A DNA stretch of 64,000 bases. Origin: Flavobacteriales bacterium. Its GTDB lineage: Bacteria > Bacteroidota > Bacteroidia > Flavobacteriales_D > UBA2798. Of the stretch, positions 39,670-48,974 are shown in pieces; position 1 is the stretch's first letter; every line of letters starts with the position of its first letter. A program made the position numbers and the translations under genes. The notes beneath the pieces were generated by a model that did not search any database, had not been told where the DNA came from, and saw nothing but the letters and a program-made list of their open reading frames with translations. The DNA lies in NCBI GenBank assembly GCA_035299065.1, contig DATGXI010000095.1, positions 12,299-76,298 on the forward strand, given 5' to 3'.

Positions 39670-39860
39670 CATGCAAAAAAGGAACGCCTATGACACGGCT
39701 GGTCATGATGACTACTGAGCTGATCAACAAGCGGCATTGGTGTTAACTGATTTTAAATCGCTTCGTAGTTTGTTTGAAACACCCGGGTGTTATCCCCGCA
39801 CAAACCTTTGCAATAGCTCATTTAATTAAACTTAACTAAAAAATGTTTAAATATACCGAG

Positions 39861-39887
39861 GCCCGTCAGTAATGCCGGGCTTTTTTT
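39861..39887 (+). terminator. Intrinsic terminator or attenuator immediately upstream of the flippase gene
   Basis: GCCCG(T)CA-GTAA-TG(C)CGGGC followed by T7, ending 15 nt before ATG 39903. Confidence 0.7.
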
Positions 39888-39902
39888 ATCTTCTTTTACA
39901 GT

Positions 39903-41432
39903 ATGTCAACATTGAAGAAGCTGGCCGGTCAAACTGCAATCTACGGATTGAGCAGCATACTCGGTCGCTTTTTAAATTACATTCTTACCCCTGTTTTTGT
40001 TGCTGCATTCACCACGGCACAGTACGGCATCATAAGCGAAATGTATTCGTATGTTGCTTTTTTGGTTGTATTGCTTACTTACGGAATGGAAACTGGTTAT
40101 TTCCGGTTTTATACCCGAAGCGATTATAATCCAAAAACTGTTTACTACACCATCATCATTACACTTTTATTTACTACCGGTATGTACATTGGGCTGGCCT
40201 TTGCATTTGCCCAACCCATTGCTGAATGGCTGCACTACCCTCAGCACAGCGAATATGTTACCTGGTTTGCCATTATAGTTGGACTTGACGCCATTGCCCA
40301 AATTCCGCTCGCAAAATTACGCGCACACAACAAAGCTTTCAGGTTTGCTTTTATCAGCCTGTCAAATGTATTTGTAAACATCGGCTTGAACCTTTTCTTT
40401 TTATGGTATTGTAAACCCATGTATGAAAGCGGGCAGCACAACTGGATAATTGACAATTTATACAATCCTGAAATTGGTGTAGGGTATGTATTTATTTCAA
40501 ACCTTATTGCCAGCATTATCAAATTTTTACTCCTGGTACCCGAAATGGTTAAGCCTGATAAAAAACATGTGGTGGATGAAACAAAACTTATAAAAACATC
40601 AAATACCATATTCAGCAAACGCGTGCTGAAAGAACTTCTTTTTTACAGCATGCCCCTTTTGATTGCCGGCCTTGCAGGTATTGTTAACGAAACCATTGAC
40701 CGCATTATGCTAAAACGCATGATGATTGGAGAATTGGGTGAAGAGGCCACACAGGGCATGGTGGGTATATACGGTGGCGTTTACAAATTATCCATAATCA
40801 TTACGCTCTTTATACAGGCATTTCGTTACGCTGCCGAACCATTTTTTTTCAAAGAAGGCACAAAAGAAAATGCGCCTCAGACCTATGCAAAGGTCATGAA
40901 CTACTTTGTGGTTGTTTGCGCGGTGATTTATATTTTTGTGATGTTATTCCTGCATTACCTCAAACATTTTTTACCAAAAGAGGCATACTGGGAAGCGCTG
41001 GACATTGTGCCCATACTTTTATTTGCCAATATATTCCTGGGAATGTATTACAACCAATCCATTTGGTATAAGCTTACCAACCGCACAGCATCGGGTGCGA
41101 TCATTGCCGTTTTTGGTGCTGTGCTCACCATTTGTATAAATTATATTTTTATACCGTATTACACTTTTTATGCGGCAGCATGGGCCACATTTGCCTGTTA
41201 CGGCAGCATGATGTTGATTTCTTACATAGCTGGCCAAAAATATTATCCCGTTCCGTATAGCATAATCAAAATACTCTTCTACCTGGGATCGGCCTTTGGC
41301 ATTACTTACCTGGTGCTTTCCCTCGAACTGGAAGGCCCCGCGCGTGATTTTGTTCATTGTTTCACCCTGTTTGCGTTTTGTTGCATGACTTATTTTATCG
41401 AATTTCGCAAAACCAAAAAAATTTCGTCATGA
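39903..41432 (+). CDS. Oligosaccharide flippase / polysaccharide biosynthesis protein (Wzx-like)
   Basis: [25 protein letters not shown] and [12 protein letters not shown] motifs; many TM helices. Confidence 0.9.
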   Translation: MSTLKKLAGQTAIYGLSSILGRFLNYILTPVFVAAFTTAQYGIISEMYSYVAFLVVLLTYGMETGYFRFYTRSDYNPKTVYYTIIITLLFTTGMYIGLAFAFAQPIAEWLHYPQHSEYVTWFAIIVGLDAIAQIPLAKLRAHNKAFRFAFISLSNVFVNIGLNLFFLWYCKPMYESGQHNWIIDNLYNPEIGVGYVFISNLIASIIKFLLLVPEMVKPDKKHVVDETKLIKTSNTIFSKRVLKELLFYSMPLLIAGLAGIVNETIDRIMLKRMMIGELGEEATQGMVGIYGGVYKLSIIITLFIQAFRYAAEPFFFKEGTKENAPQTYAKVMNYFVVVCAVIYIFVMLFLHYLKHFLPKEAYWEALDIVPILLFANIFLGMYYNQSIWYKLTNRTASGAIIAVFGAVLTICINYIFIPYYTFYAAAWATFACYGSMMLISYIAGQKYYPVPYSIIKILFYLGSAFGITYLVLSLELEGPARDFVHCFTLFAFCCMTYFIEFRKTKKISS

Positions 41433-41860
41433 ATATAAAAATCGTGAATAAATCAAAGTTTCCGCTTCCTGCTTACCAAACTACCCAATCGGCAGGTATG
41501 GATTTACAAGCCAACCTGGAAACATCGTATGTACTTAAACCGTTAGAACGTAAATTGGTTCCGACAGGCTTATTCATTGAATTGCCCGTGGGTTTTGAAG
41601 CGCAGGTACGTCCACGCAGCGGGCTGGCTTTTAAAAAAGGCATTACTGTATTGAATAGCCCGGGTACCATTGATGCCGATTACCGCGGTGATATTGGCGT
41701 TATTTTAGTGAACCTGTCAAACGAAGATTTTGAAATTGTTCCGGGTGAACGCATTGCCCAATTGGTTATTGCCAAACACGAACGCGCTGAATGGACGCTG
41801 GTGGAATCACTTGAAACAACTGAACGGGGAGCCGGTGGATTTGGGTCTACGGGAAAGTAA
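41429..41860 (+). CDS. dut: dUTP diphosphatase
   Basis: [29 protein letters not shown] and [10 protein letters not shown] motifs; ATGA overlap with the flippase stop. Confidence 0.97.
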   Translation: MNIKIVNKSKFPLPAYQTTQSAGMDLQANLETSYVLKPLERKLVPTGLFIELPVGFEAQVRPRSGLAFKKGITVLNSPGTIDADYRGDIGVILVNLSNEDFEIVPGERIAQLVIAKHERAEWTLVESLETTERGAGGFGSTGK

Positions 41861-41889
41861 GCCAACGCGGCTCATTGTTTTTTGGCTAA

Positions 41890-42393
41890 TTACTTGTCAA
41901 ATTGAATGGAGGATGAAACCAGCTTAACCATATCCCAACCCGCATTTTTTTCACCTGTTTCACACCTATTTTGAATAAAATACTCACGGTTATTTTTTTG
42001 CAAATAAACAAGTGTCTGACACATTTTTTTATTCGCTTTTTTGTCCTCGTAAAATCCGTTACCCATCCAGGCGTCAACTCCATCAATTTTAAGGCCTTCT
42101 TGTTTTTCAGGCGCACATCCACTCATAGCGAACCATTTTCCCCAGGTTTGCTTCAGCGGTTCATCTGAATTTTCCTGATCAATATCCATGGCATGACCAA
42201 ATATTTCAACAGAAAGTTTTTCGTCTCTTATTGTGTAATTATTATTGAAACCTGAATGATCGGTTTTCCAATTGGATTTTAAACAAAGTTCGATTTCAAG
42301 TCTATTTTCATGTTCGGTTTTTTCACAGGTTTTTTCTTCAGAACACGAAAAAAAAAGAACCGAAATAGTTGCTATAATTAATAATAATTTCAC
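41890..42393 (-). CDS. Hypothetical lipoprotein (possibly PsbP/DcrB-like fold)
   Basis: Lipobox LFFS-C; IDGVDAW and SSIQF pattern. Confidence 0.6.
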   Translation of the reverse strand: MKLLLIIATISVLFFSCSEEKTCEKTEHENRLEIELCLKSNWKTDHSGFNNNYTIRDEKLSVEIFGHAMDIDQENSDEPLKQTWGKWFAMSGCAPEKQEGLKIDGVDAWMGNGFYEDKKANKKMCQTLVYLQKNNREYFIQNRCETGEKNAGWDMVKLVSSSIQFDK

Positions 42394-42413
42394 CTGCGTA
42401 TGATTTTTAGCGT

Positions 42414-42797
42414 TTAATTCTCAATCATCATCTTTTTCATTACCTGCTGCGATTCGCCCTTCAGGCGGTAAAAATACGTTCCGTTTGGTAAACCTGCTGA
42501 GTCAAAACGGTATGTGTGTGCACCTTCTGCCAATTCTCCCTGAAAAATAATTTTAACAGTCTCAAATCCCTCGTTGCATATTTCCAATGTTACTGACTGT
42601 GCTTCCACCAGTTCAAAATGGAATAACAACTCGCCACGGTTTACATTGTTTTCAAGGCTGTGCAATACCACCCGTGGAATATATACCTGCGTTTTGCGAA
42701 CCGAGCTCACGAAATATTTGTAGGATTGATAGGCAAGAAATAATCCCACGGTAATTCCAAGGGATATGAATAATACGGTATAAAAAGGCCACGTCAT
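42414..42797 (-). CDS. Small membrane-anchored protein with a T9SS-CTD/FlgD-like Ig domain
   Basis: N-terminal TM; C-terminus AGLPNGTYFYRL...VMKKMMIEN resembles type-A CTDs. Confidence 0.6.
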   Translation of the reverse strand: MTWPFYTVLFISLGITVGLFLAYQSYKYFVSSVRKTQVYIPRVVLHSLENNVNRGELLFHFELVEAQSVTLEICNEGFETVKIIFQGELAEGAHTYRFDSAGLPNGTYFYRLKGESQQVMKKMMIEN

Positions 42798-42906
42798 TTG
42801 AGGCCGCTAATGTATGGTAAAAAACAACGGTACCAAGGTGAATACCCGGGAGTATACTGAATATACAGATGAAATATATTGGTTATTAGCGATTTATCTT
42901 GCTGAA

Positions 42907-42934
42907 AATTCATGAAATTCGTGAAATCCGTGGC
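42907..42934 (+). repeat. Three degenerate 9-nt tandem repeats
   Basis: AATTCATGA AATTCGTGA AATCCGTGG(C). Confidence 0.6.
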
Positions 42935-42972
42935 CGAAAAAAAACGTAATTTTAGTGTTCAAATTTACGCGT

Positions 42973-44661
42973 ATGTCAGAAGAAGGCCGCCAGATAATAT
43001 TTTCAATGACCCATGTGAGCAAGGTTACTCCCACGGGCAAACAAATCATTAAAGACATTTACCTCTCGTTTTTCTATGGTGCCAAAATTGGTATCATAGG
43101 TATGAACGGTTCGGGTAAATCAACCTTGCTAAAAATTATTGCTGGTGAAGACAAGTCTTACCAGGGCGATGTAGTGTGGTCACCCGGGTATACTGTTGGG
43201 TGGTTGCCACAGGAGCCGGTGCTTGACGCAACAAAAACCGTTATGGAAATTGTGCGTGAGGGCGCTGCTGAAACCGTAAAACTATTGAACGAATACGAAG
43301 AGATCAACAATAAATTTGGCGAGTCAGAATATTTGGACAATCCTGATAAAATGGAAAAACTAATGGCACGTCAGGCCGAAGTTCAGGATAAACTGGATGC
43401 GTGTGATGCATGGAATTTAGATAACCGTTTGGAGCGCGCCATGGATGCACTGCGTTGCCCTGATGGCGATGCGGTAATTGAACATTTGTCGGGTGGTGAA
43501 CGCAGGCGTGTTGCATTGTGCCGCCTGTTGCTTCAGGAACCTGATGTATTGTTGCTGGATGAGCCAACGAATCACTTAGATGCTGAAAGCGTTGACTGGT
43601 TGGAGCAACATTTACAAAATTATAAAGGCACTGTTATTGGCATTACGCATGACCGTTATTTCTTAGACAATGTTGCAGGATGGATTTTGGAATTGGATGG
43701 TGGAAAAGGTATTCCGTGGAAAGGGAATTACAGTGAGTGGCTGGACCAAAAAGCCAAGAAAATGGCCATTGCTGAAAAAACGGAAAGCAAGCGCAAAAAA
43801 ATTATGGAGCGCGAGTTGGAGTGGACACGCATGGGCGTTAAAGGTCGCGGTGTAAAATCAAAAGCACGTTTGGCCAATTATGAAAAAATGCTCAGCGAAG
43901 ACAGGAACGAAAAAGAAGAAAAACTGGAAATGTATATTCCGCCAGGACCACGTTTGGGTAATGAAGTTATTGAAGCCATTGGTGTATCAAAAGCATTTGG
44001 CGATAAATTGTTGTACGATGATTTGAACTTTAAATTACCTCCTGCAGGTATAGTAGGTATTATTGGTCCCAACGGTGCCGGTAAAACAACCATATTTAAA
44101 ATGATCATGGGCGAAATTCAACCTGATGCCGGCACATTTAAAGTTGGTGAAACCGTAAAGTTGGGTTACGTTGACCAAAATCACAAAGAACTGGATCCAA
44201 ATAAAACCGTTTACGATGTTATTTCTGGCGGAAATGAGGTGATGGAGTTTGCCGGTAAAACCATGGTGAGCCGCGCATATGTTTCACGCTTTAATTTTAG
44301 CGGTAACGACCAGAGCAAAAAAGTAGGTGTATTGTCAGGTGGTGAACGTAACCGTTTGCATTTGGCCATGGCCTTGAAAAGTGAAGCAAACGTGTTGTTG
44401 CTGGATGAGCCTACCAATGATTTGGATGTGAATACCATTCGTGCCCTCGAAGAAGGTTTGGAAAACTTTGCAGGCTGTGCAGTAATTATTTCCCATGACA
44501 GGTGGTTTTTAGACCGTGTGTGTACGCACATTTTAGCGTTTGAAGGTGACAGTGTTGTTTACCCGTTTGAAGGAAGTTATAGCGAGTACGAAGAGAATAA
44601 GAAAAAACGTTTGGGCGATGTTGAGCCGAAGAGGATTCGTTATAAGAAATTAGTTAAGTAG
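42973..44661 (+). CDS. ettA: Energy-dependent translational throttle ABC-F protein EttA
   Basis: Two ABC domains (GMNGSGKST/LSGGE; GPNGAGKTT/LSGGE); KDIYLSFFYGAKIG, KSKARL and IPPGPRLG motifs. Confidence 0.96.
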   Translation: MSEEGRQIIFSMTHVSKVTPTGKQIIKDIYLSFFYGAKIGIIGMNGSGKSTLLKIIAGEDKSYQGDVVWSPGYTVGWLPQEPVLDATKTVMEIVREGAAETVKLLNEYEEINNKFGESEYLDNPDKMEKLMARQAEVQDKLDACDAWNLDNRLERAMDALRCPDGDAVIEHLSGGERRRVALCRLLLQEPDVLLLDEPTNHLDAESVDWLEQHLQNYKGTVIGITHDRYFLDNVAGWILELDGGKGIPWKGNYSEWLDQKAKKMAIAEKTESKRKKIMERELEWTRMGVKGRGVKSKARLANYEKMLSEDRNEKEEKLEMYIPPGPRLGNEVIEAIGVSKAFGDKLLYDDLNFKLPPAGIVGIIGPNGAGKTTIFKMIMGEIQPDAGTFKVGETVKLGYVDQNHKELDPNKTVYDVISGGNEVMEFAGKTMVSRAYVSRFNFSGNDQSKKVGVLSGGERNRLHLAMALKSEANVLLLDEPTNDLDVNTIRALEEGLENFAGCAVIISHDRWFLDRVCTHILAFEGDSVVYPFEGSYSEYEENKKKRLGDVEPKRIRYKKLVK

Positions 44662-44704
44662 TTTACAGTTTGGAAGTTTACAGTTCGTTAGTTTAAAGTT
44701 TAGG
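44660..44704 (+). repeat. Three degenerate 15-nt tandem repeats after ettA
   Basis: AGTTTACAGTTTGGA AGTTTACAGTTCGTT AGTTTAAAGTTTAGG. Confidence 0.65.
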
Positions 44705-44732
44705 GATTTTTTAGTTTATAAAAAATATATAG

Positions 44733-44766
44733 ACGGTTCGCAAAAAAATGTGAACCGTTTTTTTTT
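44733..44766 (+). terminator. Intrinsic terminator after ettA
   Basis: ACGGTTCGCA/TGTGAACCGT stem plus a long T-run. Confidence 0.8.
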
Positions 44767-44784
44767 ACATCACAACCGTTGTCA

Positions 44785-45651
44785 TCAATTTTCATCGCGC
44801 TTATTGCCGCCTAATTCCTTTACCTGAACAATTTGTTGTGCTATTAAAAAATCAAGCACGTGTTTATTAAATTCGTGCGGCTGCTCCAGGTTCGAAACGT
44901 GACCTGCATGGTCAATCACACGCAACGTTGACGCTGCAATATTTTTATGTATAAATTCTGATTGGGCAAGTGGCGTTACTTCATCTTCTTTACCACAAAT
45001 AACCAAGGTTGGAATACGTACTTCGCCCAGGCTGGAACATGTTTCAGCACGCTCGGCCAATGCTGCAAGGCCCTGTATAATTATGTCTTGTGTATTTTGA
45101 AACACAATGCTTCGCAATTGCTCAACCACTTCTTTTTTGTTTTGAAATGAGTCTTTGCTAAAAACCCGTTTGATAAAACCTTCATTGAATTCAGTTAATC
45201 CACCCGCTTTTATTTCCCCAATTGCTTTAAACCGTTTTTCCTTAGCTTCAGCTGTGTCGGCAATGCAATTGGTATCACATAGAATCAGCGCAGCAAACCT
45301 GTCTTTAAATTTTTTATGTGCGTTGAGTGCAATAAAGCCACCCATTGAAAGGCCACATACAATTGCCTTATCAATGCCCAGCTTATCCATGAAAAGTATT
45401 ATGTCATTGCCGGAAGTATCAATGCTCATGCCATGTTCATGGCGTGTTGATTTTCCAAATCCACTTAAGTCAACCGCAATTGCCCGGCACAATGACTTTA
45501 AATGCTCCAGTTGCAGGTCCCACATGCTTTTGTCAAAGGGGAAACCGTGCAAAAACAGTATTGGCACCTTGCCTTCACCCACATCGTTATACGAGAGGGT
45601 AACATCATTTACAGCAATGGTTAAGTTGTGTCCTTTGGGTTGTTTTTCCAT
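44785..45651 (-). CDS. Alpha/beta hydrolase (enol-lactonase-like)
   Basis: LHGFPFD oxyanion motif, GLSMGG nucleophile, GKEDEVTP Asp and AGHVSNLEQP His. Confidence 0.92.
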   Translation of the reverse strand: MEKQPKGHNLTIAVNDVTLSYNDVGEGKVPILFLHGFPFDKSMWDLQLEHLKSLCRAIAVDLSGFGKSTRHEHGMSIDTSGNDIILFMDKLGIDKAIVCGLSMGGFIALNAHKKFKDRFAALILCDTNCIADTAEAKEKRFKAIGEIKAGGLTEFNEGFIKRVFSKDSFQNKKEVVEQLRSIVFQNTQDIIIQGLAALAERAETCSSLGEVRIPTLVICGKEDEVTPLAQSEFIHKNIAASTLRVIDHAGHVSNLEQPHEFNKHVLDFLIAQQIVQVKELGGNKRDEN

Positions 45652-45856
45652 AATAGGTGTGTGTGATTTTGATTATTTTATTCTACTTTTTTACAGTTGT
45701 AAGCTTAACCATAATATAGTCAGGGCACCTTATACAAATGCTGTAAAGAGTTATACAATTCGCATTTAGTTCTTCCAACCACCAGTTGCCTGCATTTTTA
45801 TGTAGTTGATTTACAGTAGTCGAAATCAAATTTGAAAAATAATTCGCCAAAATAAT

Positions 45857-45902
45857 GCGTAGTTAAATGACTTCACATATATTTGTAGCCAAATAGCTAC
45901 GC
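45857..45902 (+). promoter_or_regulatory. Two putative ArsR operator sites flanking a -7 element
   Basis: GTAGTTAAATGACTTC and GTAGCCAAATAGCTAC (GTAGC/GCTAC dyad) flank TATATTTG at 45878-45885. Confidence 0.6.
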
Positions 45903-45903
45903 A

Positions 45904-46224
45904 ATGAACCTTAGACGAGACGTATTCCAGGCCATAGCCGATCCTTCACGAAGGGCCATATTGGTTTTAGTGGCCACACAATCCATGACAGCGGGTGCCA
46001 TAGCCGCAAATTTTGACTCGGCCCGGCCCACCATTTCAAAACACCTGCAAATACTAACCGAGTGTGAACTGCTTGGCCAGGAATTTAACGGCAGGGAAAT
46101 CTATTATCATTTAAACCCGCATAAAATGAAAGAAATAGCCGACTTTATTGAACCCTTCCGCAACCTGTGGGACGATCGATTCAATAAACTGGAATCAATT
46201 ATGCAGAAATACAAAAAAAAGTGA
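45904..46224 (+). CDS. ArsR/SmtB-family transcriptional repressor
   Basis: [15 protein letters not shown]...[12 protein letters not shown]...GREIYY. Confidence 0.93.
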   Translation: MNLRRDVFQAIADPSRRAILVLVATQSMTAGAIAANFDSARPTISKHLQILTECELLGQEFNGREIYYHLNPHKMKEIADFIEPFRNLWDDRFNKLESIMQKYKKK

Positions 46225-46310
46225 TTATAACGGCAACTTGAACGTGACAATGGAAATCTGTAAACTAACAAACTCGCAACTAACTATCCCAACAATAAAC
46301 TAAACATACG

Positions 46311-46778
46311 ATGGAAAGAAAAACAAAAGTACACGCTGAAGAAGGGAAACAGGAAATAATTATAACCCGGGAATTTGATTTGCCTCTTGAATTGCTGTTT
46401 AAAGCATACGAAGAGGCGGAAATTGTGGAGCAATGGATGGGGACAAAAATAATTAAGCTGGAAAATAAAAAACATGGGTGCTATGAATTTGAAACAACAG
46501 CACCCCAGGGAAATTTTGTAGTGAAAATGAATGGATCAATACATGAATTTGTACCCAACCAAAAAATAACCCGAACATTTGAAATGGAAAATGCACCTAT
46601 GGGTGTACAACTTGAATTTCTTGAATTTGAAAAACTCACTGACCAAACAAGCCGGCTCACTATACATTCCGTATTTAAGTCGGTAACACAACGGGACCAA
46701 TTACTTAAAATGCCATTCGAATATGGCTTAAACATGGCGCATGACCGTTTGCAGGACATTCTATCAAAACTAAAATAA
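46311..46778 (+). CDS. SRPBCC domain protein (AHSA1-like)
   Basis: IIITREFDLPLELLFKAY...ITRTFEME; typical ArsR partner gene. Confidence 0.85.
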   Translation: MERKTKVHAEEGKQEIIITREFDLPLELLFKAYEEAEIVEQWMGTKIIKLENKKHGCYEFETTAPQGNFVVKMNGSIHEFVPNQKITRTFEMENAPMGVQLEFLEFEKLTDQTSRLTIHSVFKSVTQRDQLLKMPFEYGLNMAHDRLQDILSKLK

Positions 46779-46783
46779 TACAC

Positions 46784-47176
46784 ATGGAAAAAAGAAATAA
46801 AATCATATACTGGGTTTTTACCTTGTGGCTGTCATTGGGAATGGCCTCAAGTGCCATTGTACAACTACTAAAAATGGATGAAGAAGTAGTAAAGATCAAG
46901 CAACTTGGTTATCCTGAATATTTTTTACCGTTTTTAGGCATATGCAAATTACTTGGCGTAGCTGTTATACTCATTCCAAAATTTCCCTTAATAAAAGAAT
47001 GGGCCTATGCAGGATTCTTTTTTACCATGGCAGGCGCATTCATTTCACACCTTGCATCGGGGCACGCGTTTAGCGATATTTTTCCTTCACTGCTCTTACT
47101 TATACTTACAGGAATTTCCTGGTATTTCAGGCCATCCGACAGAAAAATTAGTAAATTTGAACTTGCTCATAAATAA
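46784..47176 (+). CDS. DoxX-like family membrane protein
   Basis: LGYPEYFLPFLGICKLLG...LIKEWAYAGFFF...HLASG. Confidence 0.88.
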   Translation: MEKRNKIIYWVFTLWLSLGMASSAIVQLLKMDEEVVKIKQLGYPEYFLPFLGICKLLGVAVILIPKFPLIKEWAYAGFFFTMAGAFISHLASGHAFSDIFPSLLLLILTGISWYFRPSDRKISKFELAHK

Positions 47177-47179
47177 ATT

Positions 47180-47776
47180 ATGAAACCAAACCCAAAAGCC
47201 GATTTCTTTTTCAATAAAGCCAAACAATGGCAGGAAGAATACGAGGAATTAAGAACCATCATTCTTTCGTGCGGATTACCTGAAGAAGTAAAATGGGGCG
47301 TGCCCTGTTATACACATGAACAAAAAAACGTTGTATTGATACATGGGTTCAAAGAATACTGTGCGCTTTTGTTCCATAAAGGTGTTTTATTAAAGGACCC
47401 GAAAAAACTTCTGATCCAGCAAACAGAAAATGTTCAGTCGGCCAGGCAAATGCGTTTTACCAGCCTTAAAGAAATTACTAAATTAAAACCTGCAATTAAA
47501 GCGTATGTGAAAGAAGCTGTTGCAATTGAAGAATCAGGCGAAAAAGTGCCCATGAAAAAAACAGCTGAATTTGCCATGCCTGTTGAATTTAAAAAAGCGC
47601 TTTCGCAGGATAAGGCATTGAAAAAAGCATTTGAGGCGTTGACCCCCGGCAGACAACGAGGGTATCTTTTGTACTTTTCCTCGGCAAAGCAGGCCAAAAC
47701 GCGCCAGGAACGCATAGAAAAATATTACGATAAAATCCTTAAAGGAAAAGGAATGGACGATGATTTAAAAAAATAG
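47180..47776 (+). CDS. YdeI/OmpD-associated protein (DUF1801 + OmdA)
   Basis: EEVKWGVPCY, LIQQTENVQSARQ and AFEALTPGRQRGY...AKQAKTR motifs. Confidence 0.9.
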   Translation: MKPNPKADFFFNKAKQWQEEYEELRTIILSCGLPEEVKWGVPCYTHEQKNVVLIHGFKEYCALLFHKGVLLKDPKKLLIQQTENVQSARQMRFTSLKEITKLKPAIKAYVKEAVAIEESGEKVPMKKTAEFAMPVEFKKALSQDKALKKAFEALTPGRQRGYLLYFSSAKQAKTRQERIEKYYDKILKGKGMDDDLKK

Positions 47777-47779
47777 TGT

Positions 47780-48346
47780 ATGGCAAAAGCAAAAAAAGAA
47801 ATTTCGGTAAAAGAAAAAGGTGCGTTGCTCGACACCTTAAAAAAACGCTTTGAAAAAAACATGAATCGCCATAAAGGCCTAGATTGGGAAAAAGTGCAGG
47901 CTAAGCTTGAAAAAAATCCGGCAAAGATTTGGTCGCTTTTTCAAATGGAAGAAACCGGTGGCGAACCCGATGTAATTGGTTTTGATAAAAAAACAAATGA
48001 ATTCGTATTTTGCGATTGTTCACCTGAAAGCCCTTCCGGGCGCAGGAGTGTATGTTATGACCACGAGGCACTGGAATCACGAAAGGAACATAAACCAAAA
48101 AACAGTGCATTGGGAATGGCGGCTGACATGGGCATTGAAATTCTATCGGAAGATGAATACAGGGATTTTCAAAAACTTGGAAAATTTGACGCAAAAACAT
48201 CCAGCTGGGTAAAAACACCTAAAAACATAAGGGAGTTGGGCGGTGCCATATTTTGTGATTTACGCTATAATACTGTATTCATGTACCACAACGGTGCCGA
48301 ATCCTACTATGCTGCAAGGGGATTCAGGGGGTTACTGCGTGTTTAA
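47780..48346 (+). CDS. DUF4256 domain protein
   Basis: RFEKNMNRH, METGGEPDV, ESPSGRRSVCYD and HNGAESYYAARGFRG motifs. Confidence 0.88.
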   Translation: MAKAKKEISVKEKGALLDTLKKRFEKNMNRHKGLDWEKVQAKLEKNPAKIWSLFQMEETGGEPDVIGFDKKTNEFVFCDCSPESPSGRRSVCYDHEALESRKEHKPKNSALGMAADMGIEILSEDEYRDFQKLGKFDAKTSSWVKTPKNIRELGGAIFCDLRYNTVFMYHNGAESYYAARGFRGLLRV

Positions 48347-48370
48347 ATTTTTGCTTAATTTAATGTGTTC

Positions 48371-48940
48371 ATGAAGATTTACCTGGTTAACCAAAAACAC
48401 AAATTCAAAAAACACCTTGACTTTTTGAAGACACAAAAGGTAATGCCTTATGAAAAGCAAAAACTCAGGCAAAAAACAACTACCATTCAAATTGATACCA
48501 CTAAATCATTTGACTCCTTAAACCTTGACTTTCTTTTCAACTACCAGATTTTTCCTGAAAACATTATGGCGTTTAAGACGCAATGGGAGGATGAAAATAG
48601 AAAAATGAAAGTTGGCGACACCATTTTGCAACAAGTTTTTATTCCTCCAACAAAAACCGTGTCTCAAAAATTGATTTTTGGTGTACGTATAAGTGAAATA
48701 ATTGACGAACCTTTTCGTAAAGGCTTTAGCTACGAAACACTGGAAGGACATGTGGAAAAAGGAGTTTCGACATTTACCCTTGAAAAATTGAGCGAGCAGA
48801 TTATTTTCAGAATAAATACCTTTTCTACAGGCGGAAATTTCTTTACCCGTTTATTGGGCCCGGTATTTTCAGTACCCTACCAGGCCTTTTGCACAAAAAG
48901 GGCTTTAACAAATGTTAAACGGCAAATAGAAATTTTATAA
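48371..48940 (+). CDS. DUF1990-like protein
   Basis: GFSYETLEGHVEKG motif resembles DUF1990. Confidence 0.7.
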   Translation: MKIYLVNQKHKFKKHLDFLKTQKVMPYEKQKLRQKTTTIQIDTTKSFDSLNLDFLFNYQIFPENIMAFKTQWEDENRKMKVGDTILQQVFIPPTKTVSQKLIFGVRISEIIDEPFRKGFSYETLEGHVEKGVSTFTLEKLSEQIIFRINTFSTGGNFFTRLLGPVFSVPYQAFCTKRALTNVKRQIEIL

Positions 48941-48974
48941 GGCGGTCATACACAAAAGGCCATTGAAAAACTAC

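Noticed and set aside
39670-39860. Riboswitch (TPP, SAM-I/II, cobalamin), SRP, 6S or tmRNA identity for the long intergenic gap
   Set aside because: I could not find the conserved signature motifs of any of these.
44652-44704. Short repeat arrays read as CRISPR
   Set aside because: Units are 7-15 nt, degenerate and contiguous, with no spacers and no cas genes.
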